Part shown: piece by piece, positions 12,768 to 25,700 of the stretch
Layout: every line of letters begins with the position of its first letter
Numbering within the stretch: the first letter of the stretch is position 1
Origin: Balanoglossus misakiensis
Taxonomy: Eukaryota; Animalia; Hemichordata
Reading direction: 5' to 3'
NCBI GenBank assembly: GCA_040954595.2
Contig: CM082593.2
Location: 4,667,434 to 4,731,433 of the forward strand
DNA: 64,000 bases
Position numbers and translations under genes: made by a program
The notes under the pieces: model-generated
Told to the model about the DNA's origin: nothing
Seen by the model: only the letters and a program-made list of their open reading frames with translations
The model's database searches: none

Positions 12768-12936
12768 TCACATCCGTTCCACATAGTTGCCGGGGAAGGT
12801 GCCGAATTGGCCTGTCCTGGTGGAAGTACCCACAAACCAACCGTCATCGCACTTCTCCATGACGACAACAACGTCACCCTCCATCAGTTCAAGCTCATCT
12901 TCATTCTGGGGATTATACGGGTAGATTGCACGGAAG
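12768..12936 (-). CDS. SORBS: SORBS terminal coding exon: SH3 domain 3
   Basis: ctttcag acceptor; [55 protein letters not shown]-stop. Confidence 0.97.
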
Positions 12937-13216
12937 CTGAAAGAGATTAAGCAGGATAGTGATGTGGTTGCAATGTAAGGGCAATGCTGATTGGACAATT
13001 TCACTCTGAACACTCTTAAATGATTGAGACTGTTCAATTATGGACAATTTTACTTAGAACACTCTGAGATGATTACTACATGGTTGCAATGTATGGGCAA
13101 TTCTGATTGGACAATTTCGTTCTGAACGCTCTTAAATGGTTGAGACTGTCCAATTACTGTGGACTTACTGTTCTTGTACTGGTGGTGGAACTGCAGGAGC
13201 ATTACTGGGATAATAC

Positions 13217-13247
<31 letters not shown>

Positions 13248-13721
13248 GCGGTGGTGGTGGTTGTGACGATGGCTGGGGATGTGGTGGCTGACTTTGTACA
13301 TGTGATGGCGGTGGGGATATTTGTGACTGCAGCGAAGGACTGTACTGCTGTTGTGGATGTCCTGTGTCCTGAGAAACAAAATGACGAGTAATATTATAAC
13401 AGTTTTTCTGCCAAGAGACTGTGACCTTCCTTTACTAACGGCTTTAGCCCTGACGACAAAAACCTTTCCTCATCACATTATCATGACTTTGTTAGCCAAC
13501 ATGAACTGCGTCAGTGAGTCTGATATCAATTAAGCCGTCAGCATCATATCAGCAAAAATTCCAAGAAGTACATGTACATTGCGTGGTCATGAAAAATGGT
13601 CATACACATTTACACTTATGTATTGATTCTAATTGATTTCAGGTGATAAGTTAAAGAAATGTAAACTTACCCTTGGTCTCTGTTGTGGCTGACTTTGTTG
13701 TTGTTGTCTTCCAGGACTAAG

Positions 13722-13767
<46 letters not shown>

Positions 13768-16700
13768 GGAGTATGTCTGGCTGCAGGTGAATGCTGAGGT
13801 GAACCAAAGCCACCAGGCGATGGACTTTTCTGTGCCGGAGGAACTGAAATGCAAGCCAAAAAATATTTTTTTTTATCAAATGCTGAGTTATGGATGCATT
13901 TGTGACAATTTCAATCCTCAAGAAGAGCTCTGTTTTTCACAGATTAATTCAACTTTGATGGTATGTTTTCTTGGTGTCATGGTAAGATGTCAGTTACCCC
14001 CTGGGGAATTTACTATCCAGATATTATTAGGGTTAGGGAGTTGGGGAGGAGTTCAAAGGGTTAAATGGCCAGGGGGTACCAGACCTAGAGCCAGTGCCAG
14101 GATTCCTCACAAAATCTTCAATACATTGGTAGTACTTCCAAAATATGCAATTTCTTCTCTTCACCTAAGCAAATCCTATTACCAGCCGATCAGTTCACAC
14201 CCATAATGGTAAGACAAGATTGATATATCATTTGAGGTCACCAATAATGAATTTAATCAAAATAGCAGAGTGTGATACAGTTACAATTCAACCATGCATA
14301 ACACATAAGTTGAATATAAGAATTAATCAGAATCGTTCAATCTAAATATTAAATCTGTATTCTGTCTTGGTGACAGTTATATTAAACAGAATAATCACTC
14401 GCTCTTTTGATCCTACCAAGAGTTAATTAAATTTGATATCATCCAGATCTGGTTTGGATCAACGATTATATTTCGCGTTCAGAAACAGATCAATTGAATC
14501 GACAAAGCACTGTTTAATGTAGTGACCTCGACAGGTCAGACTGCCCAGTTGTTGTCTACAGTTGTTAAGAAGGGAAAATATTTCCTCTTTTAGACTTCGA
14601 AACGGTCATCTCGCTTTTGAACTGAACACGAAAATGTCACACTGGTTTGTGTCAAATATTTCTGTTTTATTTCTGGAAACCACGCAGACACGAAATGATT
14701 GAATTAGACTCCCTAACCTCGAATACCTCTCGGCTATATCGCTTTCAACTTCGAGGTTTTTGACTTCGTTAAACTCGCCCTGTGCAGGGCAGCGGAAATA
14801 TCAACTATCAATTATATTGATCTACAAGGTAGCCTTAGAAGAAGCAAACAGACGCCATGTCGTATTATTTTACATTTTCCGTTCCAGAAACAACCCAGGA
14901 ACAGCACCGGCCCCCCCAAACTCCGATATTAGACGTCTGCGGGTATGCAGGGAATGTCTGCAGGAATTTGTAAATCTCGGCCAATCACATTCATGTAACT
15001 GCATTGCTATCATTCCAGTTCAGGCTAGTTTCTTGACCTCTGCGTAAAGGTCAAGGGTCGACGCAATGAAATCAATTTGGTGTTATTTTCTCACATCTTT
15101 CAAATTTCTGAGTTATCTGCATATATGCAGATGGCAAATGAAGTACCATATATATGTTTTCTTGATAAATTAATTTTCGTTACAAATGGGGTAGGAAGAA
15201 ACAAGATTCGTTTTGACTTTCTTTTGAAGGACAAGCAGTCCTAGTGAAAGTGAAGCATTCTACAGTACTATAGGTCTATTCCCAAAATACAGCTAAGTAC
15301 GGACAAGAGCTCCAGATGCCCAACTCACCTGGTTCTTTGATAATTTCTATGTACGAGGCTGGGAAAATTCCTTGTCTGTTCCCGAGTTTGCCTTCATACC
15401 AATTATTATCAACCCTCCGGAGAAGTATCACAGTATCATCCTGGAAAAAAACAGAGGGAAAATATTGAATTATTATCTCTTCCCACTTTTTTCATCAACA
15501 GGAAAGTTAGGACACTCTACATCAGATATGAACTGTATATGCACAGAAAATGAGTGTGAGCTAAAAATCAAAAGAAATGTTAAAACACTTGATTTATCTG
15601 TACTGTAGACTGGAGTTCACAACTTCAAGATATACTAAATTTGTGTCCGGTTTACAGAGGTTCAGTGTCCTATGTAAAAGGTGACTGACAAAACTGTCCA
15701 GTACAGACATGTCTCCAGTTTAGACAGGTTTCGAAACGTCCGAAGCTGTGTACCTTTTTCAGCGATAGTTCCACATTTGTCTCTCCCTTGAAGTTATACT
15801 TGACTTTGGCTTTGCCTTCATTGGTCGCTGGTTGCGGTGATTTGGGGTCACTGCTCTGAATTATCTGCGTGAAAAAATAAAATTTTGATCAGACATGATT
15901 TTGCTGCATTTTATACTTCAAAAAACATATTATTCTATGACTTAAACAGATTTTCCCGGAATGACTGCTACTCACCTCTACATAATTGCTCGGGAATATT
16001 CCCACTCGTCCGAAGTGTTCCCCTTCGAGCCAATTCTTGTCAACTTGTCGAATAATATAAATAATATCACCTTTCTTGAAGGACAGTTCCCTGAGAAAAA
16101 ATGACAAATTTGTCACTGAAAATCCTTCAAAAAGTATCACATATGGTGTTATCCTGACCCCTGTTGTTGATCTAAATGACATTAAAAATGTTTATGCGAA
16201 GCAAAATTCAATTTTAAGGTTTGACATTTTTGACTTACTTTGCATTTTGAGCACTGAACTGAAACAAAGCTCTTGCAGGAGCTTTTACCTGTAAAGGAAA
16301 AAATACCACTTGAGTTACAGTAAACTCTGGCAGGAAATATCATTTCATTAGTACCAAAACCAGCAACCAATTCTGCTTTAAAATGAGTTTCATTATCTTC
16401 GGATGAGAATAATCATTACACAGGGACTTATAATAAAACAATGATTTATAAACTATGAAAATATTGAAAGGGTCATATGGCTTAGGCAATCTGTTATAAT
16501 GTTCCCTTGTGGAATGAAAACAATATGTGTTTAAGGGAACACCATTGGTGGCAATAATTAGTTTGCAAATTAACAATCAACTGAAACTGAATCTGACAAA
16601 TTAACTAACACAAAGAAAACTACAAGATACTGTTGACACATACCATACACGTATGACACGAAGCAATGACTTGTGCTGATGTATTTTTTGTGCGAGAGGG

Positions 16701-19700
16701 AGACCATGCTCAAGCATCCATGCAACATAAAAACAAAAGCATCCCACTTTGCAACTGTGGCGGCAGGCAAGGGGTTTGTTTGGTGGTGCGTGGTAATGCA
16801 CAAGCTTTAGGTATTCTGTCCCAGTGATGGAATTAAACTACTCTACTGTGCGTGATATTTTTTTTTCATGAGTTGCAGTTTTCCGGTGCTACTCCGACCG
16901 TCCACCTCCTCTTCCTCCTTACAACTTACTTCCTGGGATCTCCTCTTCTGAAGCTCTTTTTGCCTAGCCAACTCTGCGGGGTCCTCAAACCTCTCATTTG
17001 TAATTATGGGCGATTTCATGGGACTATTGTCCGAGTGTCGCCGCCATCGGTCTTGCTCTTTTTCCTGTTCTTTCTTCCGCCTACGTTCCTCCTCAAGAAT
17101 TCTCTGCATGCACACACACAAAAAGGACCCTTTTCAGTCCCGGCAAGCCAATATGACCCATCACCTTTAATAAAGCCCCAATGAACAACCCAGTCAGAGG
17201 TTGCGACCCCTGACCCCATCAGATAACCTATGAGTATGACCCAGAAAGTTGACCCACAACCCACTGCATTGCTCAAGCTTGTGATGTACGCTGCAATAAG
17301 CAGAGTAAAACGTTTACTGTCTTGTACGCTTTTCTGTTTATTTGGCTGTGAAATTTACTGTACATGTGAAAGCTACTGAGGTGCTCAAAAGGGTTATGTG
17401 CTCACACGTCTAGGTAATCGGTACACAGTGTACCTCACACAAGGGTTTAGGGAAGTGATATTTGCAGCATGCAATAACTTGGTGGAACACACGTTTCATA
17501 TGTACACACAGACACACATCTACCACAAGTCTGTGACAATTAAAATTAACAGTTGAACACACAATCATCATAATGGTAGAAGAACTTTGACAGTCGACAA
17601 CACCATCACAAAAAAACACATGTACATCTACATTACAGACCGTAAAACACATCTGTAACAATAACGCTCACAAGTGACTGGCATTCCCACTGCTGCGCAA
17701 ATCAAGCCAAGATGTTATTGTACACACAATACTGCCGCACTTGGAAATGCAGACATTCAAACTTCCCTGGTTATAATAAATCAAAACAACGATAGTGCAC
17801 ACAGTTGGACCAGTTGTCGAGTACCGGGGGTAGTACGTGTGATACGTGCACATGTTACGAGGGCAGACACAGCTGTTAAAAGCAACAACGTACGCCATCC
17901 ATTGTGCAAGATCATCGCAAAATTTCAGAACCCGATATACTAATGCCAATACAGCACAGGTGGACAAACCACTGCATGTGTTCTGTGGGCAGGGACGGAC
18001 TGAACAAATAATATAGGGTTCAACAATAGGAACACAAACATACAATTATTACAATCACGTACGCACATATACGCACACTGGAATTATTACAATTGTCAGT
18101 TAAGTCTACATGAGTATATCCACCTTTGGCATTTCTGGTACATTGTACCACTGTCTGTTTACCCTACTCGCAGAACTCTGATACCAGAGTCAAAATTAAC
18201 ATTCTGACAATGAACTTGGGGGGCTCACCTCTTTGTTCAAGTTACTGGAAGGGCTCGCTGGACCCACCGGGCCGCGGTAGTTGTACATATCTCCAGCAGA
18301 ATACCTGTTGCTTGCTGGTGCTGCAACGAAACACAGGCAAATACAGTTAATACCTGTACATCACTCATATAAATACTACAGTATTATTTATTAATACTAT
18401 ACGGATACATACAAGTACATGTATTGCATATCACATCATCAGCACAATGAAATGATTTTTTAAAAATAAATATGACACTAAACTGGCAAAACTCTAGCAA
18501 CATTCTGACTGGGGAGATTTTTGCAGTAAATTTGGAATGGATGAGTTAGGAAACAGAAATATCATGAGTGTCTTACTGACAAAAAAAGTGAACAAAAATA
18601 GTATGAAAGTACAGGATCAAAACAGAGACTGCGCACGCTCTGCTAGTTGTCCACTGTCTGTTATAGTAATTTAAATAGATGAAAATAACCACTTTCTAAT
18701 GCCAGTCTATATCCGTTATTAAATTCTGTTTCCTGATCATTTTGAATAATAATTGGTATTTCAAAGCAATCAAAGTCTGAGACACCATTTGTGAAACGGT
18801 TGATGACAGCAACACATGTATTTGGTTTTAATATCACCGAAACGGGATATACAACTTAAGAAATGCGTCACGTTCAATCAATGTGTGTGTTAATTTACAC
18901 ATTTGGAAAACCACTCAGTCAATCAAAACGGATGGAAAGTGGACTAACAGTCATCAAATTCTGGCATGAGGGTGACATATGTACTTCACAAGCTTAAGAA
19001 ACCAGACTGGGTGGCAGTACCACACAGACAGAAAAAAATTGCATAAAAAATATAGTGATGTAAACACTGGTCAACCGCCAGAATTCAAAATGGCCTCCAG
19101 TGGGGAAAGAAATACTGACCCTGGGGTGAAAATGCCACAGTACCGTTTCTGAGGCAACCCACAAGAAGCAAAACTGCACTGCACAAGGTAATGAGCAAAA
19201 GATCACAAACATACATCCAAGAGAAAATCTCACCACATTCGAAGACCAAAGTCACAAGAAATCCCAACAAGAAAAGCTTACTGACCCTCAAAGACTGCCA
19301 TCATGAAAGAAAATCCGTTGAGATGCCGTTCAATACATAACTTGAGATGATAAAAATCAACGCGCCATGGCAACTAACCTCTGACATTAACCAGACTGAA
19401 GTCATCAATTCAATGAGTTAATGGGGCCAAGTCACGACCTACATTAGCGATTTTAACTCAATTTGCACGACAGGATTAATCGAGGATGGACAGCACCAGA
19501 GCAAGGCTTTGAATCTTCCACGTAAACAACTGCTCTGGCATTACGCATGCAGCGAAGAATTCACACAGAGCAGCATGAAGAATTTCATCTGATGCGAGCG
19601 GCATCTAGCCTGAGCAGTGGGACTGTATTGCACTGGAGGAAAGAAGTAACATGACACTGAGATGAAAGGGAGAATGAGATATTGCCTTACTGAAGCAGCA

Positions 19701-22700
19701 ACTCATGGTCAACCTCTGCGCAAAAATCGGACGAATTGACGAAGAACAGAACAACGCAGCCAGGAACTCGAAAAACACAGAACCAGGAAAACCATACAGT
19801 GGATACCCGTTTTTTGTGTGGACAGCAATATTTCTGCCAACTCCCAAAATGTTAATGGCATAGGGGAAGTACTTAGCTTATCAGTAAGAACCATTCTATC
19901 TCGGGTGAAGGCAAAGTACAATAATTCTAATATCATACTCTAATATTATTCTATTCAGGAAATTTGACGTGAGAAAACATTTGGACAGAAAATATTTTCC
20001 TCCCAATTCTGGGTACAATAATTTGGGAACTATTTCGCAACGACAATTTGTGACAAAGTTCTGAATAGACCCATCCTTTCACTTGCAGGAATGGACCAAA
20101 ACAGTTTATGTGTGTTTATTCTACAGACTTGTAATTGCCTCAATTAAAATGTACCGATGCAGACCCAAGACCTGCTGGGTATACACAAATCATCGAGTGG
20201 GGAATATAGGCCAATTTTGGAAACAAAGCTCCCCGTGGTGGAACGACAGATTGGGTGAATTCTGAAACCCATATGACACCAGGGATCACACGTTCAGTGA
20301 TACTGCCCTACACAGTGGGGGGGAAAGTTAGTGCAAACCGTGCCATCATCGACCGGAGAAATGCGAGAGGTTCGGAAAATAGATGTTTTCGATTGAGGAC
20401 GAAACTGAGATGTTACTGAACACCAGCCCACATGCCGGGGAAACTGTTTTGAAGAAGTGAAACTTTTTGTTTCGGGCCGACTGGACATCTGAGCTGCACA
20501 CATGATTCCATCAGACCTGCACTGTATAATGCAGATGTGGGTTGAAACTTTTGAGGGAAAATAAAAGATATGTATGCAAATGTGAGCTTGCTGGTGAAGT
20601 TGACTTCATAGCAGATTTGTCTTGCATTCCACAGAAGATATTAAAATCGGCTATTACGACGATAGTATGTCAAGCTGCACACGTTGTGAGTCCTGAAAAC
20701 ATTGCTGATGGCAAAACGACTTGCGTCTGGTGAGAATGCCAATAAATCTTGAATATAAACACATGATGCACATTTCAGACAGTCAGACAGATTCTACTGA
20801 TGTTGGGGTGTTTACAAAATCTGAAGCCAAAAGACCAAGAATTACTACCATCACTTTCTGTCGCGGGCGGAGAGGAATTCTGCGTTGCCGGGGACGACGG
20901 CCTCTCGTCCGCCTTTTTCAGTTCTTTGAGGCTGGCGTCCAGACTGCTGCTGTCCCAAAAATACTGTGCCATCTCGTAACTGGGATTGTTCCGGAACATG
21001 GCTGGCGGGAATGATGGCGAGAGAGGCTATAGGCGGGAATGTTCCGTGCGGAATGAATGTCCTATCCAGTACTGTTCTAGCCAGACACACTCCACTGGCA
21101 GTCATCTTCAGGCAGGCATTCAGCTAAAGTGACAAAACACTTCCCCTGAACACAGCCAGCCAGCCAGTTCAGACACCGACCAACAGCCTTGTTTTCTCTG
21201 CCAACGATTATTTATTTCTGAGGGTCGTATTTTTAGAAGTCTCTGACAGAATTAAGCCGGATTACTTTCAAGCCAGGAGACCGGCGACCATAGATCACCA
21301 CGATTTCAGGGACGAGGGTTCAAGTTACGACAAAGTTATACATCGCATATGTGTCTAAAGTTTTCATTTTTGGGATCAGTTTTCACGGTCAACTGCACCG
21401 GGGCTCTGGGAAACTCAGTCTGTACGAAAACCACAGTTGTCTCGGGAGATTATCGCCACACGCACGCACAGGGATCATACACAATGACAGACAGCTCAAC
21501 AGATTAACATAACATACATTCTCCTGATAAAAGCCAGCTTAGGTTTCCCCCTCCATCTCACCCTTTCAACACAACATCTCTAGCAGCTGCAGACTCCGTA
21601 TAAACTCCCAGAAATCACTTGAGTTTCAAACAAATTGATGCACAAAATGTTTTTACCTCAAACCCATTCTATCCAATAAATATTTTACCACAATCCTCTC
21701 CTACCCTAGTCCAGGTGATCTCTTCTCTACCTTTTCACTTTCCATTTTACTCAATATACCCACAATTCTTTATATATTGCAAATCCTAATATTTGATTTC
21801 CATGAAAATTTATGTGATAGTGAACTATTTCAGTTTTGAGTTTCCTGGCGTTGATCATAAGTGCGAAATGAAAACCACATCTCTCAGATTCTAGAGTGTG
21901 CTGGTGATTCCAATATCATCTTTAAGTTTTATGTCAACAAAGTACTGGAAATGTGGAAGAGAGAACATCTTCACCCAACTTAACCCAGACACATGAAGGA
22001 GACCTTGTTTATTTACCTGACCTGTTTATGGGGAGAAGTTAAACTAACCCATGGCCTTAATTGTAGCTCAGTCAAGGAACTTTACCACCATAAAACAGGA
22101 GGGAGTGTTATGCTAATAAAACCAAGATGTGACCTTTGACCCAAAACTTCTCCTAGTGAAAAAAGAGTCCCACAACATGTGTGTACTGAAACAACTGTAT
22201 GGGAAAGACCGTTCAGATGTTCCGATATGATATCACTGAATTCATGCTTAAAAGATTTTCAAATTTGTTTTTCTGAATCAATATCAAAATATTACGACTG
22301 CACTTTTCAACTGACTATTAAACTATTTTCCTGTGAAATGCCCTAAAATGCCATGCAAACAATTACAGATACTATCATGAAGTGATTGTATCTTTCCATT
22401 ACATTACATTACAGCTTGGGGTAACCATTACAAAAATTATTAATTATACAGACAGTGTGTTGTTATTACATGTACATGTACATGTGTAGTGCATTACGAC
22501 TATTGCACACTGAAGATACATGTTAAACATTCAGGCAAGCAAACAGACAATACATGTATATGTAATATGTGTTTCTGCTAAGACACAACTTTCTTAGCAG
22601 TACATACATGAACATTTTCAAAGGACTGTTACCATGCCGACCAATAACGATGGATGGAATCAAAAATTGATTTTGCAGGGAAATGTTAAAATACAAAAAT

Positions 22701-25700
22701 GTTCAAGTTCACAGAAACTTGCTGAAAATATGAAAAATGTTATGAACAGTGGAGGGGGGTAATTCTTTGTAGTTTTTTCATTTGTTCAGTACCCGCTCAT
22801 TGGTATGGCATGGTTTCAGTCCTGTGCTATGGTCAAGATGAAAAAAAAAGATGTTGATTACAGAACATAGTTATGTTTTGTCCACCTTTTTTACTCTTTT
22901 GATCAGGCGATCGGACTCTGAGCTGCTCGACGGCCGACATACTCGTCCGAGAGTCATGGTGGCCCTTGTTAATCTTGGATGCTTTGTCTGTGAAGATGAA
23001 GGCAAACAATGATGCAATGATGGTTAATGCAAATGAGATGGGTTAAAAGTGAGACGTGGAGGGTGGGGTGGTACCATGTGACTGGTGGGGGTGGGGATGC
23101 ACTGTGTGGGGGTGGGGATGCATTGTATGGGGATGGGATGCATGGGGTGGTGGGTGGGTATTAATTTGGTGGAGTGTCACTGAAGTAGGCAATTGTAGTT
23201 GGGGGTGTACGTCGCATATGAGGGCCTTATACGTACACTGGCTGGATATGGAGTATATGATGTAATTGAGCATGGAGATGAATTGGCAGTAGTGAGAATT
23301 TCTGGCCTATTCAAATTTCAGATAGCATAGTTACATTTTAATTTTCTATTTTCAAAGTTGGATATAACTTTTATAAGTATTACCATTGATTCAAATGACA
23401 TTGTTTGAAGCAAGGGCTGGGTCTCAGTGTAGGCTGGTAGCTTGAAGAAGGGACGGGTCTTTACTTTGCAAACTGACGTTTAACGACATAAAAACTATCT
23501 ACTAGGTTAAAAGGAAACACCCATGCATACAGTACATCTTCAAAGGTAATTTGACATCAGAGCACGGCAAAAACAGACAAAGAAACAAAAGTTACTGAGG
23601 AACAGCATTAGAACAAATCAGAAAATTGCAAACACCAACACATTCACCACAAATACACCTGCTGTGAAGATTGGAAGAAATCTGTGGGTAATATATTTTA
23701 AAATCAGGACACCTAAAAAACAAAGCGGCGATGTGGAGTGAAGGAAGAACACCTTGATCAGGACATAATATACACAAAATATCAACTACGGAAGATGAGA
23801 TTTCCCAAATTACGAAAAAAAAAAAAAAAAGAATCAGCTAGAGTTTATTTACATGCAGGGACACCGAGATATTAAACTGGAAGGTTTCTGAACCTTTGTG
23901 TTTGTGCTTGGCTGCTTTGGCCTTGACTCTCTCGGCAGCGCTTCGCTCGGTCTTCTTCGCGGGCAGCGAGGTGGAGGACACCGACTTCTGTTTTGCGGTC
24001 TGATCCATCTCAGTCGCAATACGATCTAGCCACTGGTGCGTGTTGCCATAGTGTGCTGGCATGGACGCCGAGCTCAGAGCGCCCTCGGACACCCAAATTC
24101 CCTTGTTTTCTCGGTTTACGACCTTGACCCTAATCTTGTCAATCACCTGACCCGGGGGACCCACATCAACGTTCTCCTTGTTATCACTAAGGTGAGGGTG
24201 ACTACGGTGCCTTTCGAGGTCAGTGTACTCTAACTGGTCAATCTCACTACTTCCGTATAAGTCATCATGAAGATGCATTCTTAAATCTCTCAACTCTGTC
24301 ACGGGGGCCTTTGAATTCGTGTAGGAGAATGGCTGTTGGTCGTGTCTTTTAGTGCCATCTACTCTAACATCAGGACTTGACATTGTCCCTGTCACATAGA
24401 CATACTGTTTGGATCTCAACCTAGCATCTACTGACATGCTCTCGTACTTCGTTTTCAGTTCATTCACTGAGGCCTGAGGATCAGCGGAGGTGATCATATC
24501 GATATCTTGCTGGCTAATGGTGAGGTTCTCGATGCTACTGAGAGTGTCGATAATTGAAGCATCTTCCGAGGGCCTATTATCATCTAATATCAAAATGTCA
24601 ACATTGTTCTCCCTTCTTTCAATGTTACCCGTCACTTTTTCGATAACGGTAGAATCGCTGCCCGAACTGGCCCCCGAGTGCGTTGGCTGGTGGTTTTGGT
24701 CACCCATAGCAGGCTGATAGGGTTTGGGCTTTGGATTGAAATCTCTGGGCTGGCTGCCGGGTCTGGGGGAAATGCGGTCCGGGATCGGAGTAACTGCGGG
24801 CGTCGGAGAGTGCGATGAGGGAGTGTACGGTTTCGGTTTGGGGTTAAAGTCCTTACTCGAACTCCTGGAGTGGTCGCCCTGAACGGATGGAACGCTGGGA
24901 GAATGCCCCTCTTCCTTGTGCCCTGCTCTCGGCTCGTTCACATCCTCGATCTGATCGAGTTTCTGAGTGACATCCCACTTCTGCAACTTGCCAAAGTCTG
25001 AATCCTGTTTATTGGCTTTCTGACTGATGGCATCAGCAGAAGCGCTTCGCTTGGGCGGGGCTCTACTGGCCGTAGCCATTTGGCCTGGTAACGCCTGGGA
25101 TGAACTCGATGGGGCTGCCACACTGCTGTGTCTCTCGGACAGAAAGTCTTTGTTTGCCGTCGTGAAAGGTCCTCTGAATGTCTCCGTTGTTAGTGCATCT
25201 GTTGAATTCGCATGAGTTGTCGTTCGGTACTGGGTGGACTTGGGTTGCTGGGCTGCATAAGGCTGCACTGTCTTCGGTTCCTGGGCGTTGGATTGCCAAT
25301 CTGAACTCCGAGGTTCATTGGCGTGCTTGCTCTGTGCTTGCATCTGAAGAAAGTGTTGCTTCAGCTCTTTCACAGACCTTTGCTTATTCTCCACATCGTC
25401 ATCGTTGGGTACAGATCCATCAGAAAGCTTGCCTTCCTCGACCGAATGCGGTCTGTACGGAGAGCTGCTTCCGGATGACTGTCCCTGATGCTTATAGCTA
25501 AACGGTGAACTACTTTCCGATGTTCTGTCTTTAAGACTGTACGGCGAGCTGTCCCGGGAAGACCTATCCGACGGCCATACATCAAGAGTCTGCTGCGTCT
25601 GCGGTTTGACAGCAGCATACGACGGCTTCCCCTCCCTCCCATCTCTCTGATCTCCACGCGGCTGTCCTTGTCCGTAGGGTAACCCGGTGATACTGGCATA

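Noticed and set aside
23043-23273. His/Pro-rich minus-strand ORF as a SORBS exon
   Set aside because: Available acceptors give phase 0 or 2, not the required phase 1; it looks like a short degenerate 21-bp repeat
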